A DNA stretch of 64,000 nucleotides, from the NCBI GenBank assembly GCA_963575745.1, contig CAUYUJ010000159.1, positions 310,001-374,000 of the forward strand. Direction: 5' to 3'. The DNA is from Prorocentrum cordatum. Its lineage: Eukaryota. A program made the translations under genes and the position numbers. Position 1 is the stretch's first letter; every line of letters begins with the position of its first letter. This document shows positions 1 through 10,343 of the stretch, in pieces. The notes beneath the pieces were generated by a model. That model was not told the DNA's origin and searched no databases. It worked only from the letters and a program-made list of their open reading frames with translations.

Positions 1-610
1 TGACGCGTGGCATCATGGCGACGCTGACAACGGCACAAACGATGATGATTGACCTGTGTTGGTGTCGGCGATAGCGATGACGACGGTAAGACAAATGACG
101 GCGCCGATGGTGACCACGCCGACGTCGGTGATGAAGGTTTTGGGAGGCATTCAACATGCGCGCGCGGCCGACGGGCGCGAGTGGCCCGCATTGTATCATT
201 TGACAGGGATCGTGCCCCCCCCCCCCATACGCGCGCAAAGGGCCTTCGAACGATTCCGACACGCACGCGCGAGACGCACGTTAGATCGAATTTGATGAAA
301 TGTTGAGAACAATGCGATTCTCCAAAGAAGTCGAAGGAGCGCGCGTGCTCAGACCATGTTTGAACAATCATGCTGCACGACCACATGTTTCTAGACGTGT
401 TCGGGAAACTCGATATTGAACTCCGCGTGAAAACAAACAAGTGTTTGACGGATGTCGGCATGCGCGCGCGACGACGCGCGCGTGTGCACTTCGTCTTTTT
501 TGTTGTAAGTGGCTCTCGGACATGACCCATGACTTTTGATAACGAGAGTGCGCGTGTTGCGTTTTCTGCAAAAAGATAAGGGGCCGATGCCGGCTGGGCT
601 GGGATGGTAG
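1..610 (+). repeat. Dispersed repeat family X, copy A (truncated at window start)
   Basis: Aligns by eye, colinearly, with 12770-13580. Shared blocks include GAAGGTTTTGG..TGCGCGCGCGG, CGTGCCCCCCC, GGCATGCGCGCGCG and TGCAAAAGAT..CGATGCCGG.TGGGCTGG.ATGGTA. Confidence 0.75.
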
Positions 611-953
611 CTCCGATGTCTACTGGGGTTTGTCGCGTGCCCCCTGGGCTCCGGCGCGTCTCCCCGCGTGATGTACCCAGAAGGCTCCAAGAGGCCTTCA
701 AGACGGTACAAGAGGGCCCCGAAACGCTGAAATATCGTTCCAAGACACCCAAGACGGTCTCATAATGGCCCAAAAGAATTGAGAGAACGCGTTTCACGGG
801 CGCTTGCCTTGGGAACTTTCGGCGGCGCGTTTCAAACCGGGGGGCGCCCCCCACCCCCAACACTCGGCGCCGTCGATCAAAACCAGGGGGACTCCCCTCC
901 CCCACAAACCCCCCCCTCCCGACCCCACCCCCCCTCCGTGTGTGGGGAATGCC

Positions 954-1160
954 TCGATCACGATTCGTCGATTCTCCGTTCGGTCGGCCGCCTCGGCCGG
1001 CCACCTGGGGATGGAAGTTCCCACAACTTACGTCGATCACGATTCGTCGATTCTCCGGTCGGTCGGCCGCCTCGGCCGGCGACCTGGGGATGGAGGTTCC
1101 CACAGCTTACGTCGATCACAATTCGTCGATTCTCCGGTCGGTCGGCCGCCTCGGCCGGCC
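954..1160 (+). repeat. 79-bp tandem repeat, about 2.6 copies
   Basis: TCGATCAC(G/A)ATTCGTCGATTCTCCG starts at 954, 1033 and 1112 (period 79). The third copy is truncated shortly before the LTR. Confidence 0.9.
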
Positions 1161-1213
1161 GGCGACTGTTTAGATTGCCACTGGGGGCCAGGATTTGGAG
1201 CGAGGGGCCCAGG

Positions 1214-1843
1214 GATGGCCTCCTGTGGTGCCGCAGGCTGCACGTGAGGAATAAATCGCGTCTCAAGTGCATCCTGGTTTTTGCTGTGTTACGCGGTGCG
1301 TGAGGCATGGCATGGCATAGCATTGAGTAGTGGCGCCGGCGGTGCACAATAGTAATTCGGTTGAGGACCTTGGCTCAAGGCCCCGGCCGAGTGCCGCAGG
1401 GAAGTCCCTATCGAGACCATGTTTGGGGACTTCTTGAGGACCTAAGGCATAATGTTTGGCGCATTCGGTCGGCACCAATTCGCCTCAGAAGCGCGGGGAG
1501 CGTGGCAACACCATCCCCGCGCCAATGATATATTTGTCCTGTTTGGCTCAAGACTCGACGTCCGAGCGAGGAAAACATGCCCGAGCAGAGGAGCAATAAA
1601 GCGCGGCAACGCCGTTTGCTCCTCCGTCTCACTCGTACTTGTGACACCCTCCTCAGGCTTAGGTTCCATCTCCCGATCGACGATACTCTCCATAATCCTT
1701 TTCCCATACCTCGTTTCAGAGCCCCGGTTATACTTCGCACAGGGAGTGAGTATAGAAGAACTGGCACAGGAAGAAGATCAATGAACAACGATATGATGTA
1801 TTCTGCGCACCCGTTCGTGGACCAGCACCCGCTGATGTCCACA
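1214..1843 (+). repeat. 5' LTR
   Basis: Direct repeat of 9702-10343 with about 27 substitutions, one 4-bp indel and one short divergent patch (hand count, ~95% identity). TGTGG (1224) ... CCACA (1843) form inverted termini, but identity starts 10 bp earlier, at 1214. Confidence 0.95.
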
Positions 1844-4110
1844 AGGGTTATGAGCCCAACCGGACCTTCAGCTTCCTTTCCCGCATCCTCTTCGACGACC
1901 ACCTGGACGCCTTTCTCGGCATGTGTTGCAGGATCGGGCACGTGGATGATCCGAACGTGTCACGCGTGCGCCGACGTGATGACAGGGCCCACTGTCACGT
2001 GCCCGGCGTGCCACGCGTCTGTGCACAGCCACTGCGTGGTGAGGCGCATGAGCTGCATGGTGCGCACGAGCTGCGCCAACGAGATGGACTTCGCCATTGC
2101 GAACCATCAGGCGCAGTAGAGGATGGCGGTGAGCTCCGCGAGCTTCGGGCGTTTCATGAGCGCCGGCGGCCAGTACGCGGGGCAGGCCATCGGCGCAGTG
2201 GCCACCGGGGCCGTGGGAGGAGCGGCCAGGCTGGTGACAGGCTGCGCCGCGGGTGCCGTCTCGGCGATCCGGGGCATGCGCGCGCTGGAGCTGCCGAGCG
2301 CGCCTGCGCCGCAGCGCCCGCGCGTCCTCGAGCAATTCGATATCTCGGTCGCGGGCTCGGGCAGCGGCGTGCCGACCGAGATGGCGGACGTGATGGCCGA
2401 GTTCAGACGGATGCGCGCGGAGATGAAGGCTCTGAGGGAGGAGAACGCGAGGCTCCGAGGAGGGGGTGCAGCGTCAACCCAAGGCGGGTACGCGACGCCT
2501 TCATCGCCTGAGCGGCTGGACTCACGAGGTTAGGGCCGCGAGCACGGCGGCCAACACGACTGCCGAGCACGTTCAGGAGTTCTCCGCGCAGGCTGCGGCG
2601 CCGACGAGCGCCACGCAGCAGGAGCAGCCGCCAGGACTCGGCGCAGCTGCTCTAGCCGGCATCGCGCCTGCAGGACATCCAGGAGGTGGTCATCCTCATG
2701 GCGGTGGTGTACCTGGAGGCGCTGGGCCGCCTGGAGGAGGCGTTGGGGTTCTTCCTGGAGGTGCCCCACATGGTGGTGGTGGTGGTGGTGGTGGGTGCGG
2801 AGTACATGGACTGGGCCATGCAGGTGGGTATCCTCATAGAGTCGGTGGCGGTGGCTTCGGACTACCAGGTGGACCTGGGGGCGGAGGTGGGCCCGGCGGA
2901 TCTGGAGGAGAATTTCCAGGAAGAGGTGGGCCCGATCGTCCTGGCGGTTTTGGTGGGCAGCCTGGAGGCGGAGGACCTCCACTACCACCGCCGCCTCCGC
3001 CACCATTTGGCGCTGCAGGCACCGCGGCGGCAGGCGGACCGCAGCGCGACGTGTTGCTGGAGAGCACGCTCGCGAAGTTGAAGGCGGCCGACTTGCCGCA
3101 TTTGGCCTGGAAGGGCAGCCTGGCTGGTAAACCGGGCATACTGGAGCATTGGATCCAGAGGGCGTCGCTCGACCTAGGGGGCATGCACCAGCTCATCGAG
3201 CGCTACTGGTCGCAGGTGCTGGGCGTGGTGGTGGAGACGTACGAGACGTACTTGCGCCATGGGCCCCTGGACCGCCCCGCGATCAGGCCCATGCAGCCTG
3301 CGCAGTTCCCCCTCAATGAGGCTGATGCGGTGAACTTCCACAGCGTGGAGTTGCGACTCCGAGACCTGCTGCTCGCCCTCATGCCTGAGGACGTCAAGCA
3401 GGCGTGCTTGAGCACGAGGCAGACGAGCACCACCGATACTTTGTTCAGTGCGTATGTATCGGCTGGGCCCGGTACGGGCCCTGACAAGGACCACACTTTG
3501 CAGCAAGTGTCCAAGGGGAGGCACGTCGACGTGAAAGCGACCTGCGACGAGCTGCAACGCTGGAAATTCAGCACCGACCGCCTCGCCACTTTGGGCGTCG
3601 CGGCTCCCGACCCCAGCGTGCAACTGTCGTCCTTGAAGGCGATCGCGCACAAAATGCTGGAGTCCAACGAGGAGGTGAAGCACCGCTACTTCGGCTTCCT
3701 CGTGACTCGTGGTTTCAGCGGTGGGGTGGCGAACCAGGCCCAGGTTGACGACCTCTGGCGCGCGCGGAGGCGAGGGAGTTCGCGGACGCGGTGCCCCAGA
3801 AGGACGACCCTGCCGCGAGGCTCGCGATGAGGCGACTTCCGAAGGGAGATCCCAAGGGAAACCCAAAGGGAGGTAAAGGCGACCCGAAGGGTGGAAAGGG
3901 GGAAAACAAGAGGAAGGACGACAGAGGCGGCAAGGCTAAGACCGACCAGAGCCCGTCCAAGACTAGTGACAAGAAGCCCTGCACATTCTTCGAGAGCGAG
4001 GGCGGGTGCTCTAAGGGAGCATTGTGTCCTTTTGCGCACCGGAAGCTTACCCCGTCGGATGGGAGATGCATCAACTGTGGTGACCCAGAACACCACAGCG
4101 CAGACTGCAC
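1781..4110 (+). pseudogene. gag: Copia gag, disrupted
   Basis: The frame from ATG 1781 (inside the LTR) runs through the PBS into a PHD-like Cys/His domain (1958-2074) and hits an in-frame TAG at 2117. It continues with a Gly/Ala zipper-like segment and coiled coil, then after frameshifts a Gly/Pro tract, a capsid-like region (~3050-3760), CCCH (3980-4039) and a CCHC knuckle CINCGDPEHHSADC (4067-4108). Confidence 0.8.
1845..1858 (+). promoter_or_regulatory. Primer binding site complementary to the anticodon arm of initiator tRNA-Met (half-tRNA priming)
   Basis: GGGTTATGAGCCCA lies 1 nt after the LTR terminal CA and is the complement of UGGGCUCAUAACCC. This is the same PBS type as Drosophila copia and yeast Ty5. 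Confidence 0.85.
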
Positions 4111-4369
4111 GAGGCCGCGCGGTGCTGCGAAGGCTGCTGCTTCGACGCCGACTCCGGGGGGCACTGGGACGACTTCGACATCGACGGCGGCTTCGGCGTC
4201 TGCGAAGACGGCGGCGGCCACCTTGACGGCTGTCGACGTTCGCGCTGAGGCCCGCAACGAGCTGCTTGGCTTGATGAAGATGGGCACCGGGAGGCCTGCT
4301 GGCCAGGCGGATGCCGACTTTTGGAGCGCCGGTGATCCAAAGGCTAAGATGGTGAACATCAAGGCCAAG

Positions 4370-6260
4370 GTGATGATCGTGGACGGAGAGCGGCACCTCC
4401 TGGCGGACACGGGCGCCACGCACGAGCTGAAGGGCGTCAAAAACTTCGATGCGCGCTACAAAGACTACTCCCACTTGCGTCGCACGTGGGGACCATGGGG
4501 TTGGAGATGGAGTGGCGCGGCGCCCATGGCAGGATGCGCCAGCATTTCGGCCACGATGCCAGCACGCGCCCCGGCGGACAGCTTAGCGTCGACTTGAGCG
4601 GGCCGCACCTTCCGGGACGCTGGCCGTCGGGAAGGACCGAGGACGCGGGCAGGGTGGCGCAGCACTTCCTCTTAGGGGTGTTCTCGGTGGTGACCGCAGC
4701 CGACATGCGGAAGCGAGCTGATCGTGAAAGAAAAGCTCGTGAGGCAGCTGGAGTATCCCATGACGCGCCCGAGATCGGCGCCGCAGGTTTTTCTGTTGAT
4801 GGCGATGTCGGGCAGCTGGCTGCTCGAGTCGCTGCCGCATTTGAAGTGTCGGAGCTAGGTGAACTGCGCCTCAGAAGCGACCGCCCTGGCCTGGTGGCGG
4901 CGAAACCCGCGCAGGTGCCCGACCATCCCCAGAACGAGAAAGAGCACAGAGGCCGAGGTCGCACCAGGGGTCGCCAGGGCCGGCTCGGAGCCCGCCAAGA
5001 TGCGGTACTTTGTGGTGCCCTTGGAGAACAAGCGCTTCGAGACGTGCAAGAAGGGATTGGGGCAAATCTTGGCCACGATTCGGTCCGAGTTCGAGGGCGC
5101 GAACGTGGTGCACCGCATCCACGGCGACAGGGCGAGCGAGCTGACCGGCACCAAATCGAAGGAGTATTTTGCGAAACAGGGCATCTTGGTCACCAGCATG
5201 CCGGGGTACGAGCCGAACAACAAGCCGCGCGCGGAGAAGGGGGTTCGGCCTCGTGAAGTTGAGGGCGAGGGCGATGCTGCTGAGCTTCCCAAATCCCCGC
5301 GACAGGCAGGACCTCTGGCCCATGGCGGTGCAGCACGCGGCCTGGTGCAGCAGGATGGCGGTTCAGGGGCGGAAGACAAACTGCCTGCGTTCGGGGCCAA
5401 GGTCAGCTCGAGGGTGAAGGATTTGCCCCGCGACATGCTGAGCGAGAGAGCGGTGGACAGCATCTTCCTCGCCGTTGACCCCGAGAGCGCGCGGCTGGTT
5501 GGGCGAATCGACCCAAAAGCTTCTCGCCCCGAGGCGCACTGGGTGATCGAGTCCTCGAGCTCGTTCGTGATCCACCCAGAGGCGGCGGTGTTGCCGATGG
5601 AACTGGAGAGCACGGCAGCGGAGCCTGGACCAGGAGAGGCGCACAGGACAAGATCTCCGATGAGGCCGCGCGGCCAAGGACCCTGGTGAGGAGCACGAGG
5701 AGGTAGCAGTGCCAGGAGGAGGATCAGGAGGATCAGGAGAAGCAGGACAAGCAGGAGTTGATGGTGGAGGTCTCGATGGTGATGCTGGCGGTGATCGTTG
5801 TGGCGGAGGCCCCGGTGGACTCGGGGCTGGCGAGGCTCTGGACGTCCTCGGCGAGGTGATGCCCAAGGACATTAGCTGCCCAGCGTGCCGGTGTCAGCAT
5901 AGGAGCCACGCGAGGGACGAGCACTGTCGGCTCGGCCCACTTCTTCGGGACGACTGTGGTCCACGAGTTTTTGATCGTGGAGGTGGTGACTCCTATTCGT
6001 GCCCAACGTGCCGAGGACGGCATGCGGCGCATACCCGTGACCATCGGTGCCGACACGGGCCAGGAAGAGCAGGAGGAGGACGTGCAGGAGGAGCAAAGAG
6101 GACAGGTCGAGCGCCATCTTCGGCACGCCTTGCATCCAAATCGACGCCCACTGCTGGCGCATGATCGGCTCGTGGCACTCCGGTGGGCCTCCTCTTGAAG
6201 CACGATCGCATCAATGCGCGCGTGTGATTCGCGGCCGCAGCAGGCGCCCTGGACGAGGAG
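4370..6260 (+). pseudogene. pol: Copia pol 5' part: aspartic protease and DDE integrase, disrupted
   Basis: Protease LLADTGATHEL (D at 4406). Integrase LSVDLSGP ... IHGDRASE-x-RAE has exactly 35 residues between D2 and E, followed by ARAMLL...LWPMAVQHAAW and an LPAFG C-terminal region. The HHCC region appears deleted near 4520. Confidence 0.9.
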
Positions 6261-7658
6261 GATTATCTATATATATATATATATATACAACCACGTCTAG
6301 GCTCTGGAACTGGTCAGCACTCTGGTGGACAGAAAGAAAAAAAAGTCAGCTGTCGCTGGAACCATCTGCTGGTAAGCCTGTGGCTAGGGGGGCCCCCCTA
6401 AAGCTCGCAACGTGCGGCGTGCTCCATCACGCTCAAGCGGCGCCAGGCGGCCTAAGCGGAGACTGCTATTCTATAATATCTGAGTTCATTCCAATCCTAG
6501 TGCTCTGGCAGCGCCCATCTCTGCAGCATCGTCGGGCTGGGCACGCGCGCGATGGGAGGCTGGAGAGAGGTCGAAGTAATGCCTGGGAAAATCCATGCCC
6601 AAGTAACCTGGTGGCAGCTCGTGGCAGAGAGGGCTCTGGTGAGCTGCTGCTGCAGCTGGCATGCTCAATCGGGCGGGCCTGCGCGGGCGCAGAGGTGTGG
6701 CCAAACAGAGGAGGGGAGCTGGACCGCACGAAACGCACAGGCTGCCTAAAATTGGGCTGCATCCGCTCGGCGCTCACTTGCTCAACGTCTCGACCCAGCA
6801 CGACAATTCCTCCTCTAGCCACCCCGGTGGCGCGATGCCCGTGTGGACCACGCCCGCGCCCTCGTTGCGGATGGACGTGAGCACCACCTTGCGGAGGCTC
6901 CATGTCCGCATGGCGATGACGAGCTTGGTCTCCGTCGACTTGTAGCACTTCTCGAGCCTGATCAGCGAGACGTCCGTCTCGATGTCCTCCTTGGAGATCG
7001 CGTCCTCGCCCTCGCCGCCCGCGTTCACCTTCTGGAGGTAGTCGCCGATGGCCGTCTTCATCTTCCCCCCGATGTCGCACGCCATGAGCGCCTCCAGGAA
7101 GTCGATCACCAAGCCCGCGGTGGGGGCCCCCGGCTCCTGCAGCGCCTTCTTCGAGTCGGCCGCCCCACGCAGGCTCTCCACCTTGTTGCGGAAGGCCTCG
7201 GCCCCGTCGCCCACGCCGATGATCACCTTGTGCGTGGTCGGGAAGATGATCGTGTCGATCGTGGCCGCCGTCGTCATCCTGGAGCGATGGGGCGTTTGCA
7301 GCATCAATTTGGCCATTGTCGAGAGAAGGTCCGCGAGGTTCTTGTCCTTGGAGCTCCACACTTTGTCCGTGTGCTTGCCTCGCCTGCGGCGCCCGCCGCG
7401 ACGGCGGCGCCGAACTTCCTCGCCCTCGTCCTCCTTGTCCTCGTCCATGCGGTCGTCCTCGCCCTCCGCCCTGGGGGTAAGGATAGTCCCCCCTGGGCCC
7501 TTCGCCCGCTGGGCTGGGGGCCTGCCCGAGCCTTCGCCTTTGGGTTGCCTGCCACCACTCCCAGACCCCGCTGAGGACCGCGGGAGGCGCCAGGAAGCCC
7601 TCGCCACCGCCTCCCCGCTGGCGCTGGCTCCGCTGGCCATCCTGAACGGGTCGCTCAA
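6261..7658 (-). mobile_element. 1.4-kb nested retroposed insertion (single ORF, TA tail, 6-bp TSD GAGGAG)
   Basis: GAGGAG at 6255-6260 and 7659-7664. Excision restores a copia linker reading ALDEEQVQQEGQEEERVQQ. A (TA)n tract lies at the 3' end (~6268-6287). Confidence 0.8.
6774..7640 (-). CDS. 288-aa protein of unknown function, putative non-LTR retrotransposon ORF1-like
   Basis: Uninterrupted ORF with the ATG 18 nt inside the insertion boundary and strongly GC-biased third codon positions. It has a disordered, acidic/Arg-rich N-terminus and an alpha/beta C-terminus ending GIAPPGWLEEEL, resembling the remnant at 32713-33210. Confidence 0.75.
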   Translation of the reverse strand: MASGASASGEAVARASWRLPRSSAGSGSGGRQPKGEGSGRPPAQRAKGPGGTILTPRAEGEDDRMDEDKEDEGEEVRRRRRGGRRRRGKHTDKVWSSKDKNLADLLSTMAKLMLQTPHRSRMTTAATIDTIIFPTTHKVIIGVGDGAEAFRNKVESLRGAADSKKALQEPGAPTAGLVIDFLEALMACDIGGKMKTAIGDYLQKVNAGGEGEDAISKEDIETDVSLIRLEKCYKSTETKLVIAMRTWSLRKVVLTSIRNEGAGVVHTGIAPPGWLEEELSCWVETLSK

Positions 7659-9585
7659 GAGGAGCAGGTTCAGCAGGAGGGGCAGGAGGAGGAACGGGTG
7701 CAACAGGGAGAGCGGGTACAGCACTCGCCCTTGTGGTAGTTGTCCCTGGAGTGGTGGCCCGGGAAGTAGTCTCCGCCCTGGGTCGCGGTCTCCGCGTCCG
7801 CGCAGGCAGACTCGCAGGGCTCGGCGGAGGCGGAATCAGCAATCGGAAGCAAGCCTGCCGAGTCTGCTCACGTGAATCAGCAGTGTCTGAAGGTGTCCAC
7901 GAAGTCCACGACGCGCTCGCCGCAGGCGGCGAGGGCCTCGCGGGGGTAGCCGCGCCCGCGGCGGCTGCAGGGATGACGACGACGTTCCGCCTATCTTCTG
8001 GGACATCGAGCGCGAGAGCGGCATGACGCTGACGCCGATGAAGACCATCCGCACGGCCTTCGGCGCGGAGCGCGAGGAGTGGCGCCAGGCCTTGGAGGCG
8101 GAGCTCATCTCCATGAGCGAGAACCAAGTTTTTCGGAAGCTCTCGGCCCCAGAACGGCGGGAAGTACGTCCTTGGGAGGTGTTTCCTATGACAGTAGTGG
8201 CTGGGAAGAAGCCTAGAGGGCTGGAGCCTCGGGACCATGGACGTGTCGACCGCGTTCTTGAACGCACACCTGCCTGTAGGGCACCAGCGTGTCGTCGTCA
8301 GGCCGCCCGCGATTTTCGTCCAGTACGGCCTTGTTCCCGAAGGAGAGCTCTGGGTGGCGGAGAAGACCATCTACGGACTGAAAATCAGCCCGATGGCTTA
8401 AAGCGACAAGCGGGACGTTGACATGAAATCGCTCGTGGTGGATATCGGGGGCGAGCCGCACGTGCTGCGGCAATCGTCTGCTGATCCTGCGGTCTGGGCG
8501 GTGGTGCCGCAGCAGGGCGGCGAAGTCGTTGGCTACGTGCTGGCGTACGTGGACGACTTCTTGACGACGGGGTCGGACTCCGCAGTGTGATAGCTTCGAC
8601 GGGCCAGCTGGGGGAGCTCTGGCGCACAAGCTCGCAGCCGATCGTGAGCAGGTCGGCCCCCGGTACGCTGATGTACCTGAGCATTGACATAGAGCTCAGG
8701 GCTGAGGGCACGGTAACGCTCGGGCAGCGCCAGTACACCGAAGAGCTGCTCGAGAAGTGGGGGATGCTTCATTGCATCGGGACGGGGAGCATCAACTTAG
8801 ACAAAGAGTCCTTCGAGCATTTCACGGCCACCTCCTTCAGGGACGAAGGCGACGACGACGAGGCCGTGGAGGTGAAGCTGTCCGATGTTCGGCTGGCCCA
8901 GAAAATGGCCGGAAACCTCTTGTGGTTGGCCTCCCGGACTCGTCCGGACATAGCGTACGCTGTGTCTCAAGTGGCGTCGATAGCAACCTCCAATCCTCTG
9001 ACGAGCCTCTGTTTCGGCAAGAAGGTGTTGCGATACTTGTCCAGTACTCGCCGCATGGGGCTCTGCTACCACCCTGGCGGCGGAGGCGGAGGTGGAGACG
9101 ACCAGGGCGACGGTTCTGAGCCAGATCCGGAGGCCGCCTTCGTCCAGATATTCGCGGACGCCTCCCACGAGGACGTCGGAGCACAGACCGGGGTTGCTAC
9201 GTATCTTGATGGTTGCTTGGTCGACTGGAGGTCGATCCAGCAACAAGTAGTGGCATTCTCCACATGTGAAGCCGAGGTGAATGCACTTGCCATGGGTGAA
9301 AGCATGCGGGCGTCCATTGTAGCGACATTGGAGAGCATGCAGATCCGATGCTGTTCTCTGTATGGCGACAACTGTGCTGCCAACCAGATTGCGACTGGCA
9401 GAGGGACGTGGCGCACGCGAGCCCTTCCGACCAAAGTTGACGCGATTCGCTCGCGTGTCGAGCGAGGGCTTTTGACTCTCCAGTTCGTTGCCACATCATA
9501 TATGAAGGCCGACGGCCTGACGAAGTGCGGAGGAGTTCCGCACGCGCAGCGCACCAGAGGCCATTTTGGCCTTCGCCCGCTGTGA
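7659..9585 (+). pseudogene. pol: Copia pol 3' part: reverse transcriptase and RNase H, disrupted
   Basis: RT motifs: EEWRQALEAEL, MDVSTAFLNA, IYGLKISP, YVDD (8546-8557), TRPDIAYAVS. RNase H motifs: FADAS, STCEAE, GDN, ADGLTK. The KARLV segment is deleted near 8213, and there are stops and frameshifts. Confidence 0.95.
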
Positions 9586-9701
9586 GCTTCGATGTCTGCA
9601 GGTTTTGCGGGCCTCTTGAGCCCCACACCGCGCCGAGAAGCTTGCATATTATAAGTCGGCGCGAGGTGCGGGAGATCGCAGCAGCATGCCACGACTCCCG
9701 A

Positions 9702-10343
9702 GATGGCCTCCTGTGGTGCCGCAGGCTGCACGTGAGGAATAAATCGCGTCTCAAGTGCATCCTGGTTTCTGCTGTGTTGTGCGGTGCGTGAGGCATGGCA
9801 TGGCGTAGCATTGAGTAGTGGCGCTGGCGGTGCACAGTAGTAATTCGGTTGAGGACCTTGGCTCAAGGCCCTGGCCGAGTGCCGCAGGGAAGTCCATATC
9901 GAGACGATTTTTGGGGACTTCTTGAGGACCTAAGGCATAATGTTTGGTGCATTCGGTCGTTACCAATTCGCCTCAGAAGCGCGGGGAGCGTGGCAACACC
10001 ATCCCTCCCCGCACCAATTATATATTTGTACTGTTTGGCTCAAGGCTCGACGTCCGAGCTAGGAAAACATGCCCGAGCAGAGGAGCAACGAAGCGCGGCA
10101 ACGCCGTTTGCTCCTCCGTCTCTCTCGTACTTGTGACACCCTCCTCGGGCTTAGGTTCCATCTCCTGATCGGCGATACTCTTCATAATCCTTTTCACATA
10201 CCTCGTTTCAGAGCCCAGGAAGTCCTTCGTCTTATAGCACAGGGAGTGAGTATAGAAGAACTGGCACAGGAAGAAGATCAATGAATAACGATATGATGTA
10301 TTCTGCGCACCCGTTCGTGGACCAGCACCCGCTGATGTCCACA
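9702..10343 (+). repeat. 3' LTR
   Basis: Direct repeat of 1214-1843, ending ...GATGTCCACA. Confidence 0.95.

Larger units (their letters stand above)
1214..10343 (+). mobile_element. Ty1/copia LTR retrotransposon, decayed, with a nested insertion
   Basis: Paired ~630-bp direct repeats, a PBS, and domain order Gag-PR-IN-RT-RNaseH (copia order). Many frameshifts, stops and internal deletions. Confidence 0.96.

Noticed and set aside
2686..3081. Hydrophobic 131-aa overlapping ORF (env-like or membrane protein)
   Set aside because: It is the shifted-frame reading of GGT/GGA glycine codons of the Gag Gly/Pro tract.
7641..7724. Leu-rich signal-peptide-like extension of the 316-aa ORF call
   Set aside because: Most of it lies outside the TSD-defined insertion and is the antisense of copia GAG/CAG codons. 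ATG 7640 is the plausible start.
6466..8370. 634-aa minus-strand ORF
   Set aside because: It crosses the insertion boundary, is Arg/Gly/Pro low complexity, and is an off-frame or antisense shadow in GC-rich DNA.
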